From positions 480,001 through 544,000 of the forward strand of contig CAWFFH010000003.1 in the NCBI GenBank assembly GCA_963815095.1: 64,000 nucleotides of DNA, given 5' to 3'. A program made the position numbers and the translations under genes. Source of the DNA: Candidatus Bathyarchaeota archaeon (GTDB lineage Archaea; Thermoproteota; Bathyarchaeia; Bathyarchaeales; Bathycorpusculaceae). Below, one piece after another: positions 10,579-20,207 of this stretch. Below the pieces are notes generated by a model that was not told where the DNA came from, did no database searches, and worked only from the letters and a program-made list of their open reading frames with translations. How positions within the stretch are numbered: position 1 is the stretch's first letter; each line of letters opens with the position of its first letter.

Positions 10579-11283
10579 CTACTCTTCAGGTGCATTGTTT
10601 TCTACTAAACCTTCTTTTATCTCTTTTCCTAATGACTTCATTAAAAACTTAAAAACCAAGAAGCCAGCGCCCCTATCAGCCTTAAAACCCATAGTTGTAC
10701 CCAGCAAACTGATGCCATCGATCTTTCTTTCTTTCGCTAACGCAAGTGTAAGCCCTGTTCCGCCAACAATTCTGCCCTTACTGTAGATGACTGCGCCTTT
10801 TTCCATAAATTCAGTTGCCAACCGCGGCGATGTAGCAGCGATGTAAACCTGAGTCTTATCTTCAGTTATAGGTACTCCACCCATGGTTACGATGAATTTG
10901 CAACCTAAAGTTTCAACAAAATCAAGTACTGAATCACAAACGGTGTAATGCGCCACTACATCATCAAACGAAGGCTGAATTTCACCAGTCATGATTACTA
11001 GATTGTTCTTTTCCATAGGAGCATAGTAGAACTCGTAACGTGGCAAATGAGCAATGCCCTTTGAGCTGATCGCAACGTAATCTGGAAAAGAAGGCGAATA
11101 CAGCTCAGCAAATGGTTTGGCATCAAAGAACTTTATGAGCAGATGCGCTGCAATTCTGCCCACGTTTCCAAAACCCGGCAATCCTTGAACAAAAATTGGG
11201 TTTTCAAGAGTCGGAGTCGAAAGTCTACGTAAATACGGCTTATCCAAAGCAAACCATCCGTCCATACAAAGAATGTTCGACAC
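10579..11283 (-). CDS. PAC2 family proteasome assembly chaperone
   Basis: GLPGFGNVGRIAA, IVTMGG, IVGGTG. Confidence 0.9.
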   Translation of the reverse strand: MSNILCMDGWFALDKPYLRRLSTPTLENPIFVQGLPGFGNVGRIAAHLLIKFFDAKPFAELYSPSFPDYVAISSKGIAHLPRYEFYYAPMEKNNLVIMTGEIQPSFDDVVAHYTVCDSVLDFVETLGCKFIVTMGGVPITEDKTQVYIAATSPRLATEFMEKGAVIYSKGRIVGGTGLTLALAKERKIDGISLLGTTMGFKADRGAGFLVFKFLMKSLGKEIKEGLVENNAPEE

Positions 11284-11378
11284 TAAAATCCTTTTGCCGA
11301 CGAAAGAGAAAAGAAACTATTAATATTTGATAATTGAACTAATAGGATGCACCCAACAATATGGTGCATATAAATCGT

Positions 11379-11457
11379 AGCGGGGTGGGGTAGCCAGGAT
11401 TAACCCGCTGGGCTCATAACCCAGAGATCAGTAGTTCAAATCTACTCCCCGCTACCA
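11379..11457 (+). tRNA. initiator tRNA-Met (CAT)
   Basis: Acceptor stem AGCGGGG/CCCCGCT with A1-U72, anticodon arm CTGGG-CTCATAA-CCCAG with three G-C pairs, GTTCAAA T-loop, encoded CCA. Confidence 0.97.
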
Positions 11458-11584
11458 ACAATCCTTTCCTGCACATTTCTATTGGGAGTTTTACATTTGG
11501 CTTTTTTGTTCAAGCTCTAAATACACGGTTGTTTACTGTAAAAGTAAATAAACAGGTTGAACTTACATTAAAGAAACTTCACGA

Positions 11585-13399
11585 TTGGTGAATTCAGTGA
11601 AACGAACAATTACAACCCTCTTAATAGTGGCTTTCTCGTTAATGGTTATTTTACCAATTGCTTTGCCTTCTGGCCTTGTTTCTGCCCAAACCAGCGGCTA
11701 CACCATCAATCAGGTAGATCACCAAATTCAAATAATGTATTCCGGGCACGTCGTTATACTTGATACAATTCATATTTCTGGAACGGTGTCTGATGGCTTT
11801 ATGATTGGGTTACCATATAAGTACAGCGCCGATGTCCTCCAAGCGATAGCATTCGACGAGACTAATGTTTACCAGATGAATTTAGGAGTCCAACTGGGCG
11901 ATCGAAGTGGATTTTACGGTGCAACAGTCAACTTTAACGGAAACACCCCCAGCGTTTTCACCGTTGCTTTTATCCTATCCAATCAACTCCTAACCGAACA
12001 AGGCACTAATGGCGATACACTGGACTTTCCAGCCTACCCCAGTTTAACCCAAGATGTCGGTCTCTGCAACGTTACGATTTCTTTTCCAAGCTCGCCCACT
12101 AGCATAACAGTCAACAAGGATGACGGAGTTATTAACAACGCAGTTTACACAAAAACAGACCTGCCAGCATACACTTATGCTCCAGCAACAGCTATTTTCC
12201 AGATTCCCGTAGGAACTGTACAATTAACAACGATAAACAACATAAACCGCCAAATAACCATCGATCCAACAAGCAAAGTAACTGCTTCTGATAGTTACCA
12301 AATCATCAACAACTCTACAAATACACTAAAATCCTTCGTTCTAAGTTTACCTTTCGACGCAACTAATGTAGCGATAACAGACGAATTCGGAAGAACCTTA
12401 ACAACTGACCTAGGACATTCTTCAACGGGAGGCATATTCCTCGCAAATGCCACCCTAATAACATTCATATCAAACGGACTGTCAACGACATTAACGGCCC
12501 AGTACAATTTGCCCAGCGCAACCCTTCAAGGATCCAACTATGTACTATCAGATTTTAAGCTCTTTCCAAACTTCGCTTACTACGTTGATAAAGCAACCGT
12601 AACATTTACCCCACCTGAAGGAGCAACAATTGTCACTCCGCAAGCATCATCACTTGATTCATCTTCAACCTTAACAAGGCAAACTTACCAAGATACTCTC
12701 GCCATAACAAAAAACGGCTTAAGCTACGTGGACTATCTTGCCCCACAACAAAACGCCCTCCAACTGGCCTTCAATTACAATCCAGTTTGGGTTTCTCTGA
12801 GGCCCACTTTTTGGGCATCACTTTTGGCAGTAATCGGATGTGTTGCTGTGTTTTTCGTGAGTAGACACAAACCCAAAGAGGAAACATACGCAGAAAAAAC
12901 TGAGCGACTATCAACACTTGAACCAGCAACGACAGCCACGATAGCAAGGGGCGCCGAGACCAAAACTAACCAACAAGCTTCTTCAAGCACCGTTAAAGAA
13001 TTCATTGATGCATATGAGGATAAAAAACAGTTAACTAACGAATTAAAAGCGATGGATGCAAAGGCACAGAAAGGAAAGATTCCAAGGCGACAATACAAGG
13101 TTCAAAGAAGAGCTATAGAGGTCCGTTTAGAAGGCATAAACAGAAATATAGAAAGAATCAAGGAAACTTTCAAGAGCACAACTGGCGGTTATTCTGATTT
13201 GGTCAAGCAACTAGATTTGGCTGAAGCAGACTTGGTTGAAGCAGAAGAAAACATCAAAAACTTGAATTTGCGTCAAAGTAAGGGAGAAATTTCGCTTGAA
13301 GTCTATAAGAGCAGCATCGGAGACTACCAGAAACAGAGAGACAAAGCTGAATCAGGTATAAATGGAATCTTGCTGAGATTACGTGAAAAAATCCGTTAA
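11585..13399 (+). CDS. ribophorin I (Ost1)-like single-pass membrane protein
   Basis: Signal peptide, beta-rich ectodomain containing LPFDATNVAITDEFG and TPPEGA, one TM helix, C-terminal coiled-coil bundle. Confidence 0.6.
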   Translation: MVNSVKRTITTLLIVAFSLMVILPIALPSGLVSAQTSGYTINQVDHQIQIMYSGHVVILDTIHISGTVSDGFMIGLPYKYSADVLQAIAFDETNVYQMNLGVQLGDRSGFYGATVNFNGNTPSVFTVAFILSNQLLTEQGTNGDTLDFPAYPSLTQDVGLCNVTISFPSSPTSITVNKDDGVINNAVYTKTDLPAYTYAPATAIFQIPVGTVQLTTINNINRQITIDPTSKVTASDSYQIINNSTNTLKSFVLSLPFDATNVAITDEFGRTLTTDLGHSSTGGIFLANATLITFISNGLSTTLTAQYNLPSATLQGSNYVLSDFKLFPNFAYYVDKATVTFTPPEGATIVTPQASSLDSSSTLTRQTYQDTLAITKNGLSYVDYLAPQQNALQLAFNYNPVWVSLRPTFWASLLAVIGCVAVFFVSRHKPKEETYAEKTERLSTLEPATTATIARGAETKTNQQASSSTVKEFIDAYEDKKQLTNELKAMDAKAQKGKIPRRQYKVQRRAIEVRLEGINRNIERIKETFKSTTGGYSDLVKQLDLAEADLVEAEENIKNLNLRQSKGEISLEVYKSSIGDYQKQRDKAESGINGILLRLREKIR

Positions 13400-13465
13400 A
13401 ACACCTAAACCCTTTTATTTTACTCATCAACTTTTGGAGTAAAATATCCCAGAGGTAAGACAAAA

Positions 13466-13645
13466 ATGGTAAAAATTGTTGTCGATCCTAAATGCACTGG
13501 ATGCGAAACTTGTGTCAACACTTGCCCAGTTGGCGTATACGAAATCAAAGCCGGCAAGTCAGTGCCCAGCAAATCGAGCGAATGCCTTGTTTGCAGAGCA
13601 TGTGAAGCACAATGTCCCGAAGGTGCAATTCAGGTAGTCGAATAA
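13466..13645 (+). CDS. 2[4Fe-4S] ferredoxin (59 aa, not in ORF track)
   Basis: MVKIVVDPKCTGCETCVNTCP...CLVCRACEAQCP; GAGGT Shine-Dalgarno upstream. Confidence 0.95.
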   Translation: MVKIVVDPKCTGCETCVNTCPVGVYEIKAGKSVPSKSSECLVCRACEAQCPEGAIQVVE

Positions 13646-14097
13646 AATAGGTTCTATCTAATCTCTCGTTAGCTGAGAGAGTTTTCCCTTTTATTAGTCA
13701 ACTTTTTTTCGCGAACATTTTTAAGACAAAAGAACTAGCCAAAAGTTTTTTGTTAGTCTTCGATGTTTAGTAAAAACTCAACTATTCGGGCAAGTTGCTT
13801 TGCCGTCGCAATATCTAGGCTTTGTTCTGCCTCTATATCAACGAGCGTGTTATTGGTTTCCATAGTTCACCCTATTGGCTGCTTTTGTTATAACAATATC
13901 TCTGGCGTGTACTTCGAAGTTCGAAGTTAAAGGAAAACACAAGTTGACGTTTTAACATTTCCATGTAAATTTTAAGGAAATAGATACGGTTTGATACATG
14001 GAAATTTACTGGAAACAAGTCAATCCATGTTTTCGCCCGAAAAATAAACAGGTAAATTAAGTAAAAGTTATATGCCAAAATAACACTAAAATATAGT

Positions 14098-14373
14098 ATG
14101 CCAGACAAAGTTCATTGTTGCCATATATTAGTTAAAACACTAACAGAGGCGCAAAACGTCAAAGCCCGTCTCGATAAAGGTGAAAAATTCGGCGCCGTAG
14201 CCCAACAAGTTTCCCTCTGCCCCTCAGGAAAGAAAGGCGGAGACCTGGGGACATTTACAAGAGGAAAGATTGTTAAGGAATTTGAGAAAACCGCTTTCGA
14301 ACTCGAGAAGGGTCAAACTTCTGCCCCTGTCAAAACACAGTTTGGCTACCACATTATAAAACGAATAGAATAA
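14098..14373 (+). CDS. ppiC: parvulin-type peptidyl-prolyl isomerase
   Basis: HILVK, SLCPS, GGDLG, TQFGYHII. Confidence 0.93.
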   Translation: MPDKVHCCHILVKTLTEAQNVKARLDKGEKFGAVAQQVSLCPSGKKGGDLGTFTRGKIVKEFEKTAFELEKGQTSAPVKTQFGYHIIKRIE

Positions 14374-14433
14374 ACTAACGCACTCAGGTCAAGTTTATTC
14401 TGAGAACAGTTTTCCTTTTTAACAATTTATATA

Positions 14434-15198
14434 ATGATATTGCAGGAATTAAATGTGAATAGACGATATCTTAAGTTACCTCCAAAGAAACATTCATTCT
14501 ATTTGGTTTGTTTTGCGTTTCTTTTGGGCTTTTTGCTTGTGACATTTTTTAGAGCAAGTTTCCATTCGCTTGATGTTTCAGTTAACCTGTGGATACCCTT
14601 GATCCAATCAAAGGCTTTGACGTTAGTTGCTCAAGGAGTCGCGTTAATCTTTGACACAATCAGCCTCGTCATAATTTCACTCATAATTTCTGCATACCTT
14701 TTTCTGAAGAATTACAAGTCACACGGTCTGCTACTATTGGGGGCGATTGGCAGCGATGCCCTAATTGTTTCGATTCTAAAAACTGTAGAGCATGTTGTCA
14801 GACCAACAAATTCAATTGTTCCCGATTCGGGTTTTTCGTATCCGAGCGGTCACTGTACCGGGTGTATTGTTTTTGGTGGGGTACTTGCTTATTTTGCTTG
14901 GCGGCACTGGGAAAGCACACGTTCAAGGGCGATTATAGGTAGTGGCATGGGCATAGTGGCTGGTGTTGTGGGTTTTGATAGGCTATATTTGAATGTTCAT
15001 TGGGTAAGTGATGTGTTAGGCGGGTTATTGTTTGGGGCGTTTTGGTTGTCTTTTGTAATTTTATTGTTTAGGCAGGTTAAGCAAACCAAAAGGTTTGAGT
15101 CGGATAGATTTGATTTTGTGGCCAACTTGCTCTATCTTGCTGCGGTTATGGTTTCGGTTTTTGTTATTTTGTTTAGCTTATATGGTAATTTCTTGTAA
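14434..15198 (+). CDS. PAP2 family membrane phosphatase
   Basis: K-x6-RP, YPSGH, RLYLNVHWVSDV. Confidence 0.9.
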   Translation: MILQELNVNRRYLKLPPKKHSFYLVCFAFLLGFLLVTFFRASFHSLDVSVNLWIPLIQSKALTLVAQGVALIFDTISLVIISLIISAYLFLKNYKSHGLLLLGAIGSDALIVSILKTVEHVVRPTNSIVPDSGFSYPSGHCTGCIVFGGVLAYFAWRHWESTRSRAIIGSGMGIVAGVVGFDRLYLNVHWVSDVLGGLLFGAFWLSFVILLFRQVKQTKRFESDRFDFVANLLYLAAVMVSVFVILFSLYGNFL

Positions 15199-15349
15199 TT
15201 GTGGAGTAGACGACGTATCTTCTGCGCGGCATCCTACAAAGCAAATTTGCCGGTAGCAAAGGTTCAACAGGCCATAGCTGCAATTGCGGCCACGGCCACA
15301 GCTAACCATTATTGTTAGCCATTAACGTCTTTTCTTTTTGCAATCCCGT

Positions 15350-16048
15350 TTATGGTTTGTCTGGTAGAGGCATTGTGACTTTTTCTTCTGCAGGCAACTT
15401 CTCTGAGAATGCGCCAAGCAATACGTTTTCAGCAAAAAGGTCCTCATTGAATGCTCCCATAAACTCTACTGTTTCGTTGATTATTATCTTTGGAACCCCA
15501 ATTACGTTGTATTTCATGGCTAAGTCGGGGAATTCGCTGCTTTCTATAACGTCGGCTTTGACCATGTCGCTTTCGATGGCTAATTTATGTGCGACGGCGG
15601 CTGCGGCGGGGCAGTGTGGGCAAGTTAGAGTGACGAAGACTTGGATATGGACAGGCAATTTTACATCAGACAGTATCTGTTTGGTTTTGTCGGAGAGGTC
15701 GGTTTTGCCCTTTGAAACATTAATGACTGCCTCAATTAGCGTTTGAAGTTCATACCCATAGGGAATTCCATATATTCTTACGCCATAATCTTTTTTGCCT
15801 ATTATTGCTAATGCTGGAATCTTGTCAATCCCATATTCCTTAGCTTTAGCTCCGTCAGCAACAAAATCGTAAACTTCCGTCGTTATCTTGCTATTAAGAG
15901 TAGATAGTTCTTCAGCGAGTTTTCTTGTGTCCGAACAGTATTTGCACTCAAACTCCTGAGTAAACATGACAATTCTTACTGGATCTACTAGTTTTTCCTC
16001 AAAATCTTTCTTAAGCAATTCTTTTTTGTCGTCGGGTAATAAACTCAC
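15350..16048 (-). CDS. protein disulfide oxidoreductase (two thioredoxin folds)
   Basis: CKYC and CPHC; likely GTG start at 16048 after a GGAGG Shine-Dalgarno. Confidence 0.9.
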   Translation of the reverse strand: MSLLPDDKKELLKKDFEEKLVDPVRIVMFTQEFECKYCSDTRKLAEELSTLNSKITTEVYDFVADGAKAKEYGIDKIPALAIIGKKDYGVRIYGIPYGYELQTLIEAVINVSKGKTDLSDKTKQILSDVKLPVHIQVFVTLTCPHCPAAAAVAHKLAIESDMVKADVIESSEFPDLAMKYNVIGVPKIIINETVEFMGAFNEDLFAENVLLGAFSEKLPAEEKVTMPLPDKP

Positions 16049-16211
16049 GTTTCTGCCTCCGCAAAAATGTTTGCCAATATGGCGTCTACCAGTAGACTTT
16101 GTTGTTTCCGACATATAACTGTACAGATTGAGGAGAGTTTGGGAACGAAAGTCATATTAAGAGATTTCACGAATTTTTCTTTGATAAGTCAAGTTTTGGA
16201 GAAAGATAAAC

Positions 16212-17399
16212 ATGGTTAAAGTTACCTTAAAGGATGGAGTATACTGGGTTGGCGTCATTGATTGGAACATACGGGACTTCCATGGCTATATAACAAACCG
16301 AGGAAGCACCTACAACTCATACTTAATTCAAGATGAAAAAACAGCCTTAATTGACACAGTGAAACATCAATTCTCCGAAGAGCTTGTACGAAAAATCAAG
16401 GAAATAATCCCGTTTGAAAAAATCGATTATATAATTGTTAACCATGTTGAAATGGACCATTCAAGCAGTTTACCCGAAATCGCCAAATTGGCCGTTAACG
16501 CCAAAATCCTCTCTTCAGTTAGGGGCAAAGACGAATTAATCGAGCATTATGGCAAAGAGTTTGAACGGGTGGAAACAGTCAAGTCTGGTGACGAAGTCAA
16601 ACTTGGAGGTAAAACTCTTCGTTTTGTTGAGGCACCGATGCTTCACTGGCCTGACAGCATGTTCACTTATCTTGTGGAAGATAAGATTTTGATGCCTAAC
16701 GACGCCTTCGGCGAGCACCTGGCATCTTCCGAGCGGTTTGATGATGAAGTGGACCAGCATATTCTGATGGAAGAGGCCACTATGTACTACGCTAACATCC
16801 TCATGCCGCTATCACCTCTGATTGTGAGGAAGATTCAGGAGGTAATCGCTATGCATATTCCTATCGATATGATTGCACCTAGCCACGGCATAATTTGGCG
16901 TAAAGACCCGATGAAGATAGTTAATGCTTACCTTGACTGGAGCCAAAGCGCAACCAAAAACAAAATTGTCATTGTGTTTGACACCATGTGGAACAGCACT
17001 GACAAGATGGCAAGAGCCATAGGCGAAGGAGCTGCCAGCTTAGGCGTTGATGTTAAATTGCTTAAGCTTCGTTCCTACGCAATTTCTGAAGCTATGACCG
17101 AAATCCTAGATGCCAAAGCCATTTTGGTTGGTTCACCGACACTAAATAATCAAATGTTTCCAACACTGAGCGCATTTCTAACATATGCCACCGGGTTGAA
17201 ACCTAAAAACAAAGTATGGAGCTTCTTTGGTTCATATGGTTGGGGAGGCGGAGCGGTAAAAGGTATGGCCAAAGTTGCTAAGGAGGCAGGCTTTGACGTT
17301 GTTGAGCCAGGTCTAGAAATCAAATTTGTACCTGATGAAGAAGATTTGAAAAAATGTTTTGAATTTGGGCAGCAAATAGCCCAAAAACTCAAAACATAA
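16212..17399 (+). CDS. fprA: flavodiiron protein (O2/NO reductase)
   Basis: HVEMDH, HWPD, DAFG, PSHG plus a flavodoxin domain. Confidence 0.95.
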   Translation: MVKVTLKDGVYWVGVIDWNIRDFHGYITNRGSTYNSYLIQDEKTALIDTVKHQFSEELVRKIKEIIPFEKIDYIIVNHVEMDHSSSLPEIAKLAVNAKILSSVRGKDELIEHYGKEFERVETVKSGDEVKLGGKTLRFVEAPMLHWPDSMFTYLVEDKILMPNDAFGEHLASSERFDDEVDQHILMEEATMYYANILMPLSPLIVRKIQEVIAMHIPIDMIAPSHGIIWRKDPMKIVNAYLDWSQSATKNKIVIVFDTMWNSTDKMARAIGEGAASLGVDVKLLKLRSYAISEAMTEILDAKAILVGSPTLNNQMFPTLSAFLTYATGLKPKNKVWSFFGSYGWGGGAVKGMAKVAKEAGFDVVEPGLEIKFVPDEEDLKKCFEFGQQIAQKLKT

Positions 17400-17406
17400 C
17401 ATTTTC

Positions 17407-17940
17407 TTAATTTATTTTCATGAATTTGTCTTTAGCAGTAGCACAGATCGGGCAATTGTCGGGTGTTGTGCCTTCGAAGGTGTTTCCGCAGACGGGACAA
17501 ACGAACATGTCTGCTTTTGGCAGTTCTTTTTTGTTTTTGAGTGCGTCTAGTGCTTTTTGGTAGAGGTTTGCATGGATTTGCTCAACCTGGTTTGCATAAT
17601 TGAAGCTAACTTCTGCTTTTTTGTTTCCTTCTTTTTTGGCTTCGGTAATAAAATCAGGGTACATCGTTTTGAACTCGTAAGTTTCCCCCGAAACTGCGGT
17701 GCCGAGGTTGTCAAGGGTCGATTTGACTTGTCCCATAACGTTTAGGTGGTTCAGGGCGTGGACAGTTTCGGCTTCTGCCGCTGCTCTAAAGAGTTTTGCA
17801 ATTTGGGTTAAGCCTTCTTCATCGGCCTTCTTAGCAAAAGCCAAATACATTCGATTAGCTTGAGATTCGCCTGCGAAAGCAGCTTTTAGGTTTTCATCAG
17901 TTTTAACCATAAAATTCACTGGAAAATAGTAAAGTGACAA
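17407..17940 (-). CDS. rbr: rubrerythrin
   Basis: GESQA, ETVHA, EQIH, C-terminal CPVC/CPIC. Confidence 0.95.
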   Translation of the reverse strand: MSLYYFPVNFMVKTDENLKAAFAGESQANRMYLAFAKKADEEGLTQIAKLFRAAAEAETVHALNHLNVMGQVKSTLDNLGTAVSGETYEFKTMYPDFITEAKKEGNKKAEVSFNYANQVEQIHANLYQKALDALKNKKELPKADMFVCPVCGNTFEGTTPDNCPICATAKDKFMKIN

Positions 17941-18101
17941 GCTGGTAATAAGCTATACCGTACCTTTCAAAAGTAGTGTTTTAAGATCACGCGACCCTCA
18001 CTGATGAAGACCTTCTCTCCCTTTTGTAAAGCGACCAAAAAGGCGATCACTAAGAATCCAGTAAGGTAAAGTATATTAGTTGTTTTTTCCTTTGGAAAAG
18101 G

Positions 18102-18734
18102 GTGATTTTGGTGAATTTTATGGAAAAAATAAAATCTTTTACTCTACCCAAATTGCCCTATGATTACAATGCGCTTGCACCGTATATTTCAGAGGAACAA
18201 CTAAAACTCCACCATGACAAACATCATCAGGCCTATGTAACCGGCGCCAACGCTATCTTTGAAAAAATCGACAAAGCACATCAAGAGAATGTTGCATTAG
18301 ACACCAAAGCAGTTGCAAAAGAATTATCCTTCCACATTGGCGGTCATATGTTGCACACGACTTTTTGGGAGAACATGGCTCCAGCAGGCAAAGGCGGCGG
18401 AGGACAACCAGGCGGAGCAGTTGCAGATATGATTAACATGGGTTTTGGAAGCTTTGATCACTTTAAAAAGCAGTTCTCAATGGCTGCTAATAGTGTTGAA
18501 GGTTCGGGATGGGCAACATTAGTCGCGCACCCGTGCATTGGACGGCCTCTAATCATGCAGATTGAAAAACACAATGTGAACGTTTTCCCTAATTTCCAAA
18601 TTTTGATGGCATTGGACGTTTGGGAACACGCCTACTATGTTGATTACAAGAACGACCGCGCCAAATTCGTGGAAGCTTTCTGGAACCTTGTAAACTGGGA
18701 CAAAGTCAACAAAAACCTTAGCCTTGTAAAGTAA
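18102..18734 (+). CDS. sod: Fe/Mn superoxide dismutase
   Basis: [18 protein letters not shown]. Confidence 0.97.
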   Translation: MILVNFMEKIKSFTLPKLPYDYNALAPYISEEQLKLHHDKHHQAYVTGANAIFEKIDKAHQENVALDTKAVAKELSFHIGGHMLHTTFWENMAPAGKGGGGQPGGAVADMINMGFGSFDHFKKQFSMAANSVEGSGWATLVAHPCIGRPLIMQIEKHNVNVFPNFQILMALDVWEHAYYVDYKNDRAKFVEAFWNLVNWDKVNKNLSLVK

Positions 18735-18797
18735 GCTTTTGCTTACTTTTTCTTTGTTTTGTTTTATAAAAAAATTAAAGCGCTTAAGAAAGCGCGC

Positions 18798-19115
18798 TTA
18801 TGGCTGTGGAGTAATTTTTATGGCTGCGGCAGGACACTGCATCTCACAGGCTAAGCATTGTATGCAGTCTTTTTCGCGTGCAGGGTCAGATTTGCGTTCA
18901 GATAGTGGGTGTCCAGGCGAATCAGCCCAATCATAGAGAGATACGGGGCAAACGTCGATGCATACGCCGTCTCCGACGCAGCTATCCCAGTCTACCGCGC
19001 TGGTTGTTCCATGGATTCCAAGTTTTTGTGGGGCTTCAACTGGTCCCCAGACTTTGTGACCATTATGTTCACTTACAACTTGTCGTTTGGTTTGAAAATC
19101 AGGGTCTATTGGCAA
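18798..19115 (-). CDS. zinc-containing-type ferredoxin
   Basis: N-terminal extension PIDPDF..HNGHKVWGP..LGIHG; CVGDGVC and CIQCLACEMQCP; TTG start inferred. Confidence 0.88.
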   Translation of the reverse strand: MPIDPDFQTKRQVVSEHNGHKVWGPVEAPQKLGIHGTTSAVDWDSCVGDGVCIDVCPVSLYDWADSPGHPLSERKSDPAREKDCIQCLACEMQCPAAAIKITPQP

Positions 19116-19209
19116 AAAATTCACCGTACTAACGTGAGGAAACCGCAAATATTAGGGTTTCTACCTGAATCAATCCGCAAAGCATTTTGGGGTAGCCGCG
19201 TATCATTGT

Positions 19210-19998
19210 TTGATTTGTATGAGTCAATATTACCTGCCCATTGGCATGAGATATGCGACTTTGGAGGAAAGAAAACAATTCTACGCCCAAGAATTCAACC
19301 TTAGTAAAGTATCCGAATGGTTCACTGGAGGCCTTGGCAACACAAAGTTTGCGGTAATTATAGGCAGACATACAAAAATTTTCCCCGAAAAATACAAAGA
19401 CGACGCTTCAACCACCATAATAGTTGATGATTTTAAGAATCTGGAAGATGTACGCGAGCAAATCCTTGAGTTTTTGCCCGAAGCCGTCTACTACGACCGA
19501 AACAACTACGACAAAAAGGGCAACAAAACTGGACAGGAGCTAGCTTTTGACCTTGACCCCGAAAACATCACTTGCCCCATCCATGGGAGTTTGGCAGATA
19601 AAATGAAGCATCATCAGGGATTGAGCTTTTGCGAAGTTGAACTTGACATGATTAAGAAGGAGGCAATTGGTCTCTTCGATTTTTTGGGGCGCCGTTTTTC
19701 TGATTTGCGGGTTGTTTATTCGGGGAGAGGTTTTCATTTGCACGTTTTAGACCCAGAAGCCTACTTGCTAAGTACTGAAGAGCGATTGACCCTTGCGCGG
19801 CAGGTAAAAGCTTATGGCTTCCATATTGATGAATGGGTGACTTCAGGCGAATTCCGGTTGATACGACTTCCCCACAGCCTAAACGGTTTAGTTTCAAGAA
19901 TCGCGTTACAATTGAAAAAAGATGAAGTAGAAAGTTTTGACCCCGTTCACGATGAGCGGTGTCTGCCAAAGTTTTTGGTTAAAGAAGCTACTTCTTAA
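19210..19998 (+). CDS. archaeo-eukaryotic primase small subunit-like protein
   Basis: ELAFDLD, YSGRGFH, ID..VT, RLIRLPHSL. Confidence 0.85.
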   Translation: MICMSQYYLPIGMRYATLEERKQFYAQEFNLSKVSEWFTGGLGNTKFAVIIGRHTKIFPEKYKDDASTTIIVDDFKNLEDVREQILEFLPEAVYYDRNNYDKKGNKTGQELAFDLDPENITCPIHGSLADKMKHHQGLSFCEVELDMIKKEAIGLFDFLGRRFSDLRVVYSGRGFHLHVLDPEAYLLSTEERLTLARQVKAYGFHIDEWVTSGEFRLIRLPHSLNGLVSRIALQLKKDEVESFDPVHDERCLPKFLVKEATS

Positions 19999-20080
19999 CT
20001 GCTTTAGCTTTTTTTTCAGCCTTACTATAATATGCTGCTTTTTTCTTTTCTTCTTCCGCGGATTTAGGTTTTTTTGACAA
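19988..20080 (-). CDS. putative 30-aa lysine-rich microprotein
   Basis: TTG start after a GTGAGGT Shine-Dalgarno; MSKKPKSAEEEKKKAAYYSKAEKKAKAVKK*. Confidence 0.45.
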   Translation of the reverse strand: MSKKPKSAEEEKKKAAYYSKAEKKAKAVKK

Positions 20081-20207
20081 CAAGATACCTCACATACAAG
20101 TAAACCTGCGGACGCTTAAAAGATTTTTTAGATCAAGCCTTAGCAATTGAAAAGTTTATTTGCCTTCGATTCTTCATTTTCTTGTGCACACTTGAGGTCT
20201 ATTTTTT

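Noticed and set aside
11347-11369. ATGCACC-N9-GGTGCAT inverted repeat upstream of tRNA-iMet
   Set aside because: It is short with one clear instance and only a half-site near 10302, which is too little to call an operator.
14434-15198. PAP2 phosphatase as the missing histidinol phosphatase
   Set aside because: It is an integral-membrane lipid-phosphatase type and is not linked to the his operon.
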